From Thermoproteota archaeon (lineage in GTDB: Archaea; Korarchaeota; Korarchaeia; Korarchaeales; Korarchaeaceae): a stretch of DNA of 64,000 nucleotides. This document shows positions 1 through 9,407 of this stretch, one piece after another. The notes beneath the pieces were generated by a model that was not told where the DNA came from, searched no databases, and worked only from the letters and a program-made list of their open reading frames with translations. How positions within the stretch are numbered: position 1 is the first letter of the stretch; every line of letters begins with the position of its first letter. The position numbers and the translations under genes were made by a program. The DNA lies in assembly GCA_027492205.1 (NCBI GenBank), contig JAOZFN010000017.1:32001-96000 (forward strand), written 5' to 3'.

Positions 1-300
1 GACTCAAGGGTGAGTTCCAGGTTTGGGAGGGCCCCGTTCCTCGCCATAGTCGAGCTGGAGGACGGGGAAATCGGGGGAGTGAGAGTGGTGGAGAACCCCG
101 GCGCCTCGGCCAGGAGCGGCGCGGGGATCAAGGCAGTCCAGAGGCTGCTGGAGGAGGGCGTCAGGGTAGCGGTCGCTGGCGCCTTCGGACCGAACGCCAT
201 GACGGCGCTGGAGGAGCTGGGGATAGAGACCGTAGAGCTCGCTGGTGTCTCGGTCGAGGAGGCCCTGCAGAGGATCCGGACGAGGCTACAGGGCCAATGA
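1..300 (+). CDS. NifB/NifX-family Mo-Fe cluster-binding protein (probably 5'-truncated by the window edge)
   Basis: Motifs SSRFGRAP, VENP, GAGIKAVQ, FGPNA; frame is open from base 1. Confidence 0.85.
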   Translation, partial: DSRVSSRFGRAPFLAIVELEDGEIGGVRVVENPGASARSGAGIKAVQRLLEEGVRVAVAGAFGPNAMTALEELGIETVELAGVSVEEALQRIRTRLQGQ

Positions 301-421
301 GACCTGTAGCGCCCAGAGGAAACTCCTGCAGAGAGATAGGGGCCTGAGATGAGTCGTGAGGCAACAACTTCGGTTCGACGCTTGACTTGACCGACGGGGC
401 GAAAAAAGAGAGATTGGGGGC

Positions 422-643
422 CTACCTCAGGAGCACGTCGTGTCTCAGGGGATGCTTGGTGGCCTGGCTCGCAAGGACGAAGGCGGTCTCTAGGTCCGCC
501 GCCTGGGCGGCGTCGGCGTACCCGTTCCACACCCATCTCACAACAAGCCTTCCCCCGTCGAATCGCATCTCCAAGACTAGAAGGAGCTGACCACCGGCAT
601 AGGGTTGCAGGTCACGTGTGAGCGCTGCAGCGGGAGTTGCCAA
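422..643 (-). CDS. possible small hypothetical protein (~73 aa)
   Basis: TTG at 643 about 20 nt after an AT-rich box (660-667); T-rich tract on the minus strand at ~400-412 after the stop; no family recognised. Confidence 0.3.
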   Translation of the reverse strand: MATPAAALTRDLQPYAGGQLLLVLEMRFDGGRLVVRWVWNGYADAAQAADLETAFVLASQATKHPLRHDVLLR

Positions 644-719
644 TCCCTGACGGTGCGGGAATTTATGGTACTGGGCCTCTGCTGACCCGGCATTCAATTC
701 GCAGATTATTCGAGCCAGT

Positions 720-2636
720 TCAGTATCCACCCTTCGACTCGGACACGGTGCCGTATCCGACGAAGAGTATCCTATCCGGGTCCAGGGCTCTGATCACCTC
801 CCTCCTGTGGGTTACAACCAAGGCGGTTATCCCAGACTCTCTGGCCAGCTTCCCGAAGGCCCTGGCAATCCTCATCGCCGTCAGGGCATCTAGGTGGGCG
901 GCGAACTCGTCAACCAGCAGCACGTTGGGCCTCTCGGCGAGCACGCTGGCCAGCCTCGCCCTCTCCCTCTGGCCCGTGGAAAGCTCGGCGTACCTGGCCC
1001 TGTAGAGGACGGCGTCGGAGAGGCCGCACCTGTTCAGCACCTCGACGGCGGTCCTCTCGTCGCCCAGCCTGGCGTAGACGTGTTCTAGGATGGACTCGTC
1101 TCCAAACCGCGGCTCCCTCTCCCCGGGGATCAGAACGCCCACCCTGGAGTTCTCCGGGGCCCGAACCCTCCCCGCGGTTGGCTCGAACTTCCTCCCCCTC
1201 AGCCCCCCGCAGGCCCCCCAGATCAGCCTGAGCAGCGTGGTCTTGCCGGCCCCCGAGGCCCCGACCACGGCGATCACCTCCCCCGGAGAGATCTCCAGGT
1301 TCACGTTCCTCAGGACCTGCCTCTGTATGACCCTGCTCCTCACCCCAAAGGCTTCCAAGAGGTCCCTGAGCCTATCGGGGAGGCCATCGACGTTCAACTC
1401 GCTCTCGAACACCATGGATACGTCCTCGAGCCTTATGGGACCCTTGAGCCGCTCGACCTGCCCGTAGGTCGGGACGCAGAGCCTGCCGCCGTGCTCCCTG
1501 GCGACGGGGTCGGTCCGCAGGAATCTCTCCAGCGCCTCCCTCCCCTCGTCGGTCAGCGGGTAGTAGAGGACCGGCCTGCCCGAGGCGGTGTCCCAGACGT
1601 ACCTGAAGCCCACCTTCTCGAAGAAGGGGTTGTACCTGGCCATCTGGGCGATGGTCTCGACCAGGTGCTTCCTCCTCCTCATCTCGGGGATCCTGCGCTC
1701 CCGGATCCACTCGTGGGCCGCCCTCACCGAGAGCTGTCCCAGCCCGTCGGACCTGTAGTCCGGGTGCACGACGACCCTCGCCACCCTGGACGCGGCGGCG
1801 TTCGTCCTCCTCAGCGCCTCCGTCTTGACCTCTTCCCAGAGCCTCCTCAGCCCGACTTGAACGCCGTACCTCCTCCTGAGCTCGGCCAGCCTCTCCCTAA
1901 GGAGCTCCTCGGGGTTGTAGACCGGGTGGAACCAGTCCTCCGGGAACACCCTCTCCCTGATGTCCCTCACGATAGAGCCGTCCGGGAGCCTTCGGTGCAT
2001 CTTCGGCACCGGAGGGTCGATCCGCACGTAGGCCACATACTGGGGCTCGTACTCCTCCCTCTCGACGAGTTCTAGAACCAGAAACCTCGAGGCCGGGGTC
2101 GACCCCTTGATCTCCAGTATGTGGACGCGCTCGTCGGTGCCGCAGTTCGGGCACGTGGGCTTCGTGTTGGCCTCCATTATCTCGCCGCAGACGTCGCACC
2201 TCCACAGGGCGACGAGCTCCTTCTCGGAGGCGTAGTGATACTGCTCCAGCTCCGCGACGGCCTCGAAGTCCCTCTCGTAGGCGGCCTCCCTCGCCCTGAT
2301 CTTGTAGGTGTAGACGGGCTCCCCCGTCACCGGGCTCACCCTCTGGGACTCGTGGTGCCTGGAGAAGACCGGCCACGCCTGCACGGGCCCCTCCACGGTG
2401 ACTCTCCACAGGGCGTAGTCGTCGAACCCGAGCCTCGAGCCGTCCCTCAGTAGCCCATTCCTGACCTCCAGCAGGACCGGCTCGCCGGTGTCAAACCACT
2501 GGGCCACCGTCCCGGACATGAGGAGAGAGACCTCCGAGCCGTCGACCTCGACCTGGAGGATCCCGAACCACCTGCTCCTGAAGCGGGGAATCTCGGAGCC
2601 GACCACGCGGCCCCTCAGCTTGGACCTCGACGCCAC
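720..2636 (-). CDS. GNAT acetyltransferase / Zn-ribbon / ABC ATPase fusion (COG2401-like)
   Basis: CDVC..CPNC; GNAT motif RVVVHPDYRSDGLG; Walker A GASGAGKT; LSTGQ signature; Walker B LLVDEF; H-loop. Confidence 0.88.
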   Translation of the reverse strand: MASRSKLRGRVVGSEIPRFRSRWFGILQVEVDGSEVSLLMSGTVAQWFDTGEPVLLEVRNGLLRDGSRLGFDDYALWRVTVEGPVQAWPVFSRHHESQRVSPVTGEPVYTYKIRAREAAYERDFEAVAELEQYHYASEKELVALWRCDVCGEIMEANTKPTCPNCGTDERVHILEIKGSTPASRFLVLELVEREEYEPQYVAYVRIDPPVPKMHRRLPDGSIVRDIRERVFPEDWFHPVYNPEELLRERLAELRRRYGVQVGLRRLWEEVKTEALRRTNAAASRVARVVVHPDYRSDGLGQLSVRAAHEWIRERRIPEMRRRKHLVETIAQMARYNPFFEKVGFRYVWDTASGRPVLYYPLTDEGREALERFLRTDPVAREHGGRLCVPTYGQVERLKGPIRLEDVSMVFESELNVDGLPDRLRDLLEAFGVRSRVIQRQVLRNVNLEISPGEVIAVVGASGAGKTTLLRLIWGACGGLRGRKFEPTAGRVRAPENSRVGVLIPGEREPRFGDESILEHVYARLGDERTAVEVLNRCGLSDAVLYRARYAELSTGQRERARLASVLAERPNVLLVDEFAAHLDALTAMRIARAFGKLARESGITALVVTHRREVIRALDPDRILFVGYGTVSESKGGY

Positions 2637-2681
2637 AGGGTTACGGGGGCCCGAATGCTAAATACTCAGCGGGCTGCGGGC

Positions 2682-4037
2682 TCACCCTACCGCCGATCGC
2701 TCCCCCTGGTCGACTGTGGTCACCCTAACCACGGCGAGGGCGTCCGGGGCGACCTCGGCGAGGGCAGCCTGCACCTCGTGGGCGAGCCTGTTGGCCTCGG
2801 CCAGGCTCATGGATGGGTCGGCCCCCACGGTGACCTCTAGCCTGAACCCTCCGTCCGCGCACCTGACGCTCATCACCCTGGCCCACTTCACGGAGGGGAC
2901 AGATTCGACGGCGCGCCGGACGGCCTCGAGGTCGAGGTCATGCCGAGGCCGCTGGGCGAAGTGGTCTATGTGCGCCACGACCTGTCGGAGCGACAGCTCC
3001 TTAGCGATCTTCTTCTCGACCCTCCGGGCGATCTCGTCAGCCTCACCCAGCCTCAGACTCCCGTCTATCACCAAGTGGAGGGTGAGCCTGTCCCTGCCCG
3101 GTCCGTAAAGCTCTATGGAGTGGGCGCCTATGACCCCGGCCTCGGACTTCGCGATCCTCGCTGCCTTGACCGCCAGGCTCTCACCGGCCGGCCTCACGGC
3201 GAGGGTCACGTCGCACGGGCTGTTGACGATCCTCTCAACGGCCCGATGGGCCTCCATCATCACCCGAGAAGCCTGCTCGGTGGTGAGCTCCGGGTCTACC
3301 CCCACCACCGCGTCGACCAGCACGAGTCGTCCGACCCTCCGGGCCCTTACCCTCTCGACCCGCCTCACGCCGGGCGTGGACGAGAGGGCCTCCCGGATCG
3401 ACTCGACGAGCCACGGATCGATCCTGTCCAGCAGATCGGTGGCCGACCAGTAGGCGACCCTCAGCGTTGACGGCATGATGGCCAGCGAGACCACGATCGC
3501 CGAGGCGGGGTCCAGCCACGGCGCAACCCTGCTGGATATCAGGAGGACTCCGGCGACCACAAGAGTCCTGCCGGCGTCCCAGCCGTAGTTCAGGGCCTCC
3601 GACTGGAGCACCCTGCTCTCCTCGCCCCTGCCGACGGCCCAGAGGGCGGCTGACCTGAAGACGTTGACGACGCTGGTGCCGACTAGGGCCCACAGAGCCA
3701 CAGCGGGCGCGCGGGGCGCCGCGTAGCCGAGGAGGAGGGACCCAGCGCTTCTGAACAGCACGTAGGCCTCGGCCTCGAAGAGGAGGGCCGAGGTGAGGAG
3801 TCCCAGCAGGCTGTCGTACTTGGCGTGTCCGTAGGGGTGATCCGCGTCGGGCGGCCTCCTAGAGAGCCTTATGGCCAAGAGGCTGACCGATGACGTGGCC
3901 ACGTCGCCTAGGGAGTCGACGACCTCCGCTGCAACCATTACGCTCCCAGTGATTAGCTGGACGAACGCCTTCACGGCCACTGTGGCAACTGACACCGCTA
4001 TCGATGCCGCGGCGGCCCTCTCAGCGCGTGTCGACAT
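2682..4037 (-). CDS. cation diffusion facilitator (CDF) transporter with extended C-terminal domains
   Basis: PPDADHPYGHAK CDF motif and TM helices; start reassigned to ATG 4037 because the upstream part of the track ORF is antisense to the SDR. Confidence 0.85.
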   Translation of the reverse strand: MSTRAERAAAASIAVSVATVAVKAFVQLITGSVMVAAEVVDSLGDVATSSVSLLAIRLSRRPPDADHPYGHAKYDSLLGLLTSALLFEAEAYVLFRSAGSLLLGYAAPRAPAVALWALVGTSVVNVFRSAALWAVGRGEESRVLQSEALNYGWDAGRTLVVAGVLLISSRVAPWLDPASAIVVSLAIMPSTLRVAYWSATDLLDRIDPWLVESIREALSSTPGVRRVERVRARRVGRLVLVDAVVGVDPELTTEQASRVMMEAHRAVERIVNSPCDVTLAVRPAGESLAVKAARIAKSEAGVIGAHSIELYGPGRDRLTLHLVIDGSLRLGEADEIARRVEKKIAKELSLRQVVAHIDHFAQRPRHDLDLEAVRRAVESVPSVKWARVMSVRCADGGFRLEVTVGADPSMSLAEANRLAHEVQAALAEVAPDALAVVRVTTVDQGERSAVG

Positions 4038-4095
4038 TCGCTCCGGGCGACGGAGCGGCGGCAGGTTTAAGGGGTTTTCCCCGCGAGTATGAGGC

Positions 4096-4884
4096 GTGGA
4101 CCTGGGTCTCAGGGGCAAGCTGGCGCTGGTGACGGCGTCAAGCAGGGGGATAGGCCGCGCGTGCGCGGAGGCCCTGGCCAGGGAGGGCGCCAGGGTCATC
4201 ATATCCTCCAGGGACGAGGGGGCCCTGAGGCGGGCGGCGCGGGAGATCTCCGCTGCAACCGGGTCAGAGGTCCTGTGGAAGGCGGCGGACCTCACGTCGA
4301 GGGCGGACGTCGAGTCGCTGGCGGACTTTGTGGGGGAGGCAGGCGGGGCGGACGTGTTCGTCTTCAACACGGGAGGTCCCAGGCCCGCGAGGTTCTTCGA
4401 GACGTCGGAGGAGGACTGGTACCACGCGTTCGAGCTCCTCCTGATGAGCGCCGTCAGGCTGACAAGGAGGCTGGCGCCCACCATGATCGAGAGGGGGTGG
4501 GGGAGGATCGTATACGTGACGTCCGTGGCCATAAGGCAGCCGATTCCCGACATAGCCCTCTCGAACGTCGTAAGGATCTCGCTGGCCGGATTGGTGAAGA
4601 CCCTGGCGCTGGAGCTGGCGCCTCACAACGTGCTCGTCAACGGGGTCATGCCCGGCATAACGCTCACCGACAGGGTCAGGCAGCTGGCCGAGGCGAGGGC
4701 GCAGAGGGAGGAGATCACCGTGGAGGAGGCGATCCGCAGGATGACCTCCGGCGTGCCGGTTGGGAGGGCCGCGTCGCCAGAGGAGGTCGCGTGGGTCGTG
4801 GCATTCCTGGCCAGTGAGAGGGCCAGCTACGTGACGGGCGCCATGATCCCAGTGGATGGGGGCAGGATACTCTCCGTGTTCTGA
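4096..4884 (+). CDS. SDR family oxidoreductase
   Basis: TASSRGIG, NTGGP, C-terminal YVTGAMIPVDGG. Confidence 0.92.
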   Translation: MDLGLRGKLALVTASSRGIGRACAEALAREGARVIISSRDEGALRRAAREISAATGSEVLWKAADLTSRADVESLADFVGEAGGADVFVFNTGGPRPARFFETSEEDWYHAFELLLMSAVRLTRRLAPTMIERGWGRIVYVTSVAIRQPIPDIALSNVVRISLAGLVKTLALELAPHNVLVNGVMPGITLTDRVRQLAEARAQREEITVEEAIRRMTSGVPVGRAASPEEVAWVVAFLASERASYVTGAMIPVDGGRILSVF

Positions 4885-4944
4885 GCTCGCCGGTCTCCGG
4901 CGCGGCACGGTTATAGCCAGGCGCGCCGGGCTCTGCAGGGAGAC

Positions 4945-5547
4945 ATGGGCAGGAGGGCCGTCGCCTTCGACTTGGACGGGACGCTGCTGACCCTGCCGGT
5001 ACCCTGGACGGAACTCAAGCTAAAGGTCTCTAAGGCGCTATCGAGGCCGGTTTACAGCTTCAGAGACCTCTTCAGGGAGCTGTGGGGAACCGAGGACTAC
5101 TGGACGGTAAGCTCCATGGTTGAAGAAGCCGAGGTTGAGGCGGTCTCAGGATCGGCTATGTTCTCAGAGGCCAAGACGGTCCTAGGGGGACTCGCCACCA
5201 GGTTTGACATCTACCTGATAACCCTTCAATCGAGGAGGGCGGCAGACGCCGCGCTCAGGTTTCACGGGATCAGGCGGCTGTTCCGGGGGCTCATAACGAG
5301 AGAGGACGGGCCCGACAGGCCCTCACAGGCCAGGGTCCTAGTGAGGCGGGTGGGGCGCGCCGTCTCCCTGGTCGATGATCACCTAGACCAGCTGGTCGAG
5401 GTCCAGGCGGCGGGGCTGGGTCTCAGGGAGATCTGGGTGTGCAGAGAAGGCTCGATAGACTGTGTGAGGAGGGCTGAACGTCTGGGCTTCAGGGGCGACG
5501 TGGTGAGGAGCCTCAGGGAGGTCCCGCTGCTCCTTAGCGGGGGGTGA
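4945..5547 (+). CDS. HAD-superfamily hydrolase
   Basis: FDLDGTL motif I; VDD motif IV. Confidence 0.8.
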   Translation: MGRRAVAFDLDGTLLTLPVPWTELKLKVSKALSRPVYSFRDLFRELWGTEDYWTVSSMVEEAEVEAVSGSAMFSEAKTVLGGLATRFDIYLITLQSRRAADAALRFHGIRRLFRGLITREDGPDRPSQARVLVRRVGRAVSLVDDHLDQLVEVQAAGLGLREIWVCREGSIDCVRRAERLGFRGDVVRSLREVPLLLSGG

Positions 5548-6401
5548 CGGGCCTGATCACGTACATGCTCGAGGCCCTGGCGGCGGCCGTGATCTGGGGG
5601 CTCGTACCCCTCATGATCGAGTTCGCCGTCCGCAGGACCGACCCCGTCTACGTCAACGCGTGGCGCAACGTTGGGGCCGCGGCCGCGCTGATCCCGGTCT
5701 GCGTCTCCGAGGGGGTTCTGGGCATGAGCGCCCGGGCGGCGGCCTTCACGCTGGCCAGCGCGGCCGTGGGTCCGGGAATAGGCCTCCTGGCCTACACGGA
5801 GGCGCTTAACAGAGAGGGCCCCTCCAGGGTAGTACCCATATCCTTCACCTACGTCGTCTGGGCCCAAATGCTGGGAGGGGTCCTCTTCGGGGAGCCCGTC
5901 GGGCCGCTCACCCTGGCTGGAGCCCTCTTGTCTGTCTCGGGAATATGGGTGCTGTCGTCTGGCGGAGAGGCCCCCCGAGGATCCTCGGCCGTTGGACTAG
6001 CCCTCCTGACGTCGGCCTCTTGGGCCCTAGGCGCCGTCCTCTCCAGGGAGGCGTTGTTCTACGCTCACCCGCTCACGGTGGCCGCCTGGAGGGCCGCTGC
6101 GCTGGCGGCGGCCTTCTCAGGCTGGTACGCTCTCCGCGGATCCTCTTTGTCCAGGGACCCCCCGGCGGCGGGGGTCTCGGCGGCCAGCGGCACCTTAGGG
6201 CTGGGGGTGGGGCTCGTACTCTACTACACGGCCATGGAGGTCCTGGGGGTTGGGCCTTCGTCTCTGGCCAGCTCGGTCACACCACTAGTGTCGCAGGTCG
6301 CCGGGAGGCTGGTCAGCGGGGAGCCTCTGAGCGCCAGGATATTAGCGGGCGGGATACTGATCAGCCTGGGGCTCGCCATGGTTGCGCTCCAGCTCACGTG
6401 A
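5544..6401 (+). CDS. DMT/EamA family transporter
   Basis: About 10 hydrophobic helices in two repeats, each ending in GEP; GTGA overlap with the HAD gene. Confidence 0.85.
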   Translation: MTGLITYMLEALAAAVIWGLVPLMIEFAVRRTDPVYVNAWRNVGAAAALIPVCVSEGVLGMSARAAAFTLASAAVGPGIGLLAYTEALNREGPSRVVPISFTYVVWAQMLGGVLFGEPVGPLTLAGALLSVSGIWVLSSGGEAPRGSSAVGLALLTSASWALGAVLSREALFYAHPLTVAAWRAAALAAAFSGWYALRGSSLSRDPPAAGVSAASGTLGLGVGLVLYYTAMEVLGVGPSSLASSVTPLVSQVAGRLVSGEPLSARILAGGILISLGLAMVALQLT

Positions 6402-6438
6402 TCGAGCGAAGGGTTCTTCGCCGGTGAACGCGCGGATA

Positions 6439-6834
6439 TCAGCTGTAGCCGGTCCTCTCCAGTTCTTCTGCGAGCATTCTGCCTATCCTGCTCATCTCAT
6501 ACTTGATCAGTCCCAGCTTGGAGTTCTTTCCGGCCAGCACGACGAGGAGAGCGTCACCATTTACGGGCTTCACTATCACGAATCCCTTGGAGCCGCTCAC
6601 CAGCGCTGTCTCGAACTCCCCCCTGTCCAGCTCGGCCCCAATCTTCTCGGCCACCGAGAGGAGGGCCGCGCTCATTGCGGCCACCCTGTCCTCGTCTGCG
6701 CCTCCTTCCAGAGAAGAGGCCATGATGAGTCCATCGTAGCTCACCAGCGCGGCAGCCTCGACGCCTGGGCAGTCGTAGGCCATGAACCTCAGCAGCCTCT
6801 CCAGCCTCTCGGAGAGGGAGGCCTCCCCGTACAT
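6439..6834 (-). CDS. Roadblock/LC7 domain protein
   Basis: AALVSYDGLIMAS, DRVAAMSAALL, KLGLIKYEM pattern. Confidence 0.9.
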   Translation of the reverse strand: MYGEASLSERLERLLRFMAYDCPGVEAAALVSYDGLIMASSLEGGADEDRVAAMSAALLSVAEKIGAELDRGEFETALVSGSKGFVIVKPVNGDALLVVLAGKNSKLGLIKYEMSRIGRMLAEELERTGYS

Positions 6835-6937
6835 GGAGAATCGCTCCTACCCGAGGCTCGGAAGTGATAAGTTTTACACTCATGAATGGAAGGTCTCGCG
6901 CGCTTGATCCAAATCGAACCTCTCGGGGGCGGGCTGG

Positions 6938-8521
6938 CTAGGAGAGGAGCCTCGTCACCCTGCCCATCCCCTTGGTCCTGCCCTCCCTGAAGAAGAACAC
7001 GTCGCCCTCGTTGATGTACTCCGGCCTGATCTTGAACCTGAAGACGGCCGTGTCAACGTCCCCGCTCCTGAGGACGCCCTTGGTGCAGTAGACCAGCTTC
7101 GCGCTCTGCCTTATGGTCTTGAGCTGTATCACTGGCTCGTAGCCGGGCCTTATCGTGGTGGGGTGGTGGAGGACCCTTATCTTGGCCTCGAACTCCCTCA
7201 CCGCCCTGGGCCTCTCGTTCAGATCGAGGAGGACCATGCCCCTCCGGACCTCGTCGTACTCGACGTTTGCGAGGGCGAATCCGGCCATCTGCCCGGCGAC
7301 CGCCCTCTCAACGGGGAGCCTGTTCACGTGGATCGACCTGACCCTCACCGTCCTGAAGGAGCCGTCGTCGAACGGACCGAGGAGGACCCTGTCTCCCGCG
7401 GACACCGAGCCCGACTCGACCAGCCCGGAGACCACCAGCCCGACCCCGGAGACGTCGAACTTCTCGTCGACGTAACTCAGGAACCTCCCACCCTGCTTCT
7501 CGGACCAGTCCAGCCTGGGCGGGAGCATGTTGATGAAGGACTTCAGGAGGTCGAGGCCCTCGCCCGTGACGTTGGACACCAGGAATATCGGCGCTACCCT
7601 TCCGTGAGGCATGTTCCTCGCCGCCACGGCGGCGTCTCCCGGGGACTTCACGACGAACGGGATCTTGTTGACTCCCGGGAGCTTCAGGTAGGCCTCGATG
7701 TCCCTGAGGGTCCTCCCCAGCACCTCAGGGGGCGCCATGTCGACCTTGGTCACCACCACGAAGACCGGAATCCGGAGGGCGACCGCCATGCCCAGGTGCT
7801 CCCTGAAGCTCCCTATGGGTCCGGCGTTTCCGGCCACGACCATGCAGGCATAGTCTGGGGCGGAGCCCAGGACGCCCCTCATGGTGGTCTTGAGGTAGCG
7901 CTCGTGCCCCGCCAGGTCCACCAGGGTGACGACCTTCGAGGCCCTGAGGTAGACCTGGGCCTCGTCGTAGGCCCCTAGCTCGTCGTTGACGCTCCTCCCC
8001 CTCTCGTCGAACCCCAGGACGTGAAAGGTCACGCTGGAGGACCTGCGGAACTTCAGCTCGTGCAGGTACCTGGCCACCATGCTCATGGCCAGGCCGTCCC
8101 CGTCGTCCAGCTGGCCGTACACCAGGACCCCCTTCAGGGTGGACTTTCCGGCGTCCACGTTGCCGAGGAGGACCACGGAGACCTGTATCGGCGGGGTGTC
8201 GACGGTCCTCCTGATCAGGAGCTCGTAGACGTGCCCCCTCTTGGCCCTCTCCTTCCTCACGACGATGTAGGAGGCGCCGACTATCTCGCAAACCTGCTCC
8301 ATCACCTGGAGGGACCTCTCGGCCTCCTCATCGGTCAGCCCCACCGGCTCTCCGTCGTCCGTCACGCCAAGCTCGTAGAACGCCTCGCCCCCGCCCTCGT
8401 TGAGCCGGTAGTTCAGCTGGGTGGCGAGCTTCTGGACCCTCTCTGGCGTGGAGGGATCGAGCCTGAGCTTGTACTCCACGCAGCCCTCGTCCCTCTCGGG
8501 CTCACGGGCGGGGGGCATCAC
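6938..8521 (-). CDS. GTPBP1-family translational GTPase
   Basis: GNVDAGKST, DLAGHERYLKT, TKVD, EF-Tu-like domains II/III; N-terminal EYKL..GEAFYELGV. Confidence 0.93.
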   Translation of the reverse strand: MMPPAREPERDEGCVEYKLRLDPSTPERVQKLATQLNYRLNEGGGEAFYELGVTDDGEPVGLTDEEAERSLQVMEQVCEIVGASYIVVRKERAKRGHVYELLIRRTVDTPPIQVSVVLLGNVDAGKSTLKGVLVYGQLDDGDGLAMSMVARYLHELKFRRSSSVTFHVLGFDERGRSVNDELGAYDEAQVYLRASKVVTLVDLAGHERYLKTTMRGVLGSAPDYACMVVAGNAGPIGSFREHLGMAVALRIPVFVVVTKVDMAPPEVLGRTLRDIEAYLKLPGVNKIPFVVKSPGDAAVAARNMPHGRVAPIFLVSNVTGEGLDLLKSFINMLPPRLDWSEKQGGRFLSYVDEKFDVSGVGLVVSGLVESGSVSAGDRVLLGPFDDGSFRTVRVRSIHVNRLPVERAVAGQMAGFALANVEYDEVRRGMVLLDLNERPRAVREFEAKIRVLHHPTTIRPGYEPVIQLKTIRQSAKLVYCTKGVLRSGDVDTAVFRFKIRPEYINEGDVFFFREGRTKGMGRVTRLLS

Positions 8522-8540
8522 GGGAGTTGAGGGCTCCGAC

Positions 8541-8933
8541 TTAATAATTGGGGGGTCCAGGCCGGGTCCTCCCCGAGAGGCGCCTCAGCAGGCCCAGGTC
8601 GTCGACGAGCGGCACCCCCCCCACCACGTCGTCGATGACGGGGGCCCCCTTCTCCACCAGCCTCTCGACGTCCTCGGGCCTGAGCGGGATGGGCTCAATC
8701 CCCGGGAGGAGGTGGGGTCGTAGGAGATCGTACCTCTCGAGTGGGTTCTTGGGCAGGGACGGGGAGACTACCAGGACGTCTATGTCACTCCAGGCGTTGA
8801 AGTCACCCCTCGCGGTCGATCCGATCACTATCACGGAGGCGGGACGCACGAGGTCTAGGATGGACTCGGCGAATATCCTGGCCCTCCTCAGCCTCTCTTC
8901 CCTCTCCCTCCTCCTCCTCTCAATGACCCCCAC
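8541..8933 (-). CDS. minimal nucleotidyltransferase (MNT) antitoxin
   Basis: GSTARGDFNAWSDIDVLVV; GTG at 8933 overlaps the HEPN gene. Confidence 0.88.
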   Translation of the reverse strand: MGVIERRRREREERLRRARIFAESILDLVRPASVIVIGSTARGDFNAWSDIDVLVVSPSLPKNPLERYDLLRPHLLPGIEPIPLRPEDVERLVEKGAPVIDDVVGGVPLVDDLGLLRRLSGRTRPGPPNY

Positions 8934-9310
8934 TTCTCCTCGACGAACTCGATCACCCTCCTGGCATAAAAAATGGCCTCCTCCGCCTCCCTCCTCGTGT
9001 AGTACTCGTGGGGGGATCCCTCTGACCACATGTCCGCGTACCTCGGCGCCGTGTAGAATTTGTCCAGCCTCGCGCAGGCATCCCTCACGTCGTCGGGAAC
9101 CTCTCCAATAAGCTCCGAGAGCCTCAGCAGGCTGTGCCCAAAGGCAGGCTGCCCCACGCCCCAGAGGTACGCTTTGAGGGCGTACTCTGCGGCCTGCTGG
9201 GACTTGAAGCAGGCCCAGTTGTAGTCTCCGCCCTCCAGGTCCCTAATGGCTGATCGGAGCGTGTGCCTGGCGCTGCCCATCCAGCGCCTGAACTCCTCCT
9301 CGTCGAACAT
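8888..9310 (-). CDS. HEPN domain protein
   Basis: YNWACFKSQQAAEYALKA, GHSL, LDKFYTAPRY. Confidence 0.9.
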   Translation of the reverse strand: MFDEEEFRRWMGSARHTLRSAIRDLEGGDYNWACFKSQQAAEYALKAYLWGVGQPAFGHSLLRLSELIGEVPDDVRDACARLDKFYTAPRYADMWSEGSPHEYYTRREAEEAIFYARRVIEFVEEKWGSLRGGGGRGKRG

Positions 9311-9407
9311 TCGGGGCGGGTCCCGCCGGCTTCAAAATAGGTGTTTGGTGGGATCCGGGGGGCCTGCGCGGCGGCCGTTATTAGTGGGGTCGGGCGCGAA
9401 CTCAGGG

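Noticed and set aside
4038-4553. N-terminal extension of the CDF ORF
   Set aside because: Antisense to the SDR gene; the divergent promoter lies at ~4065
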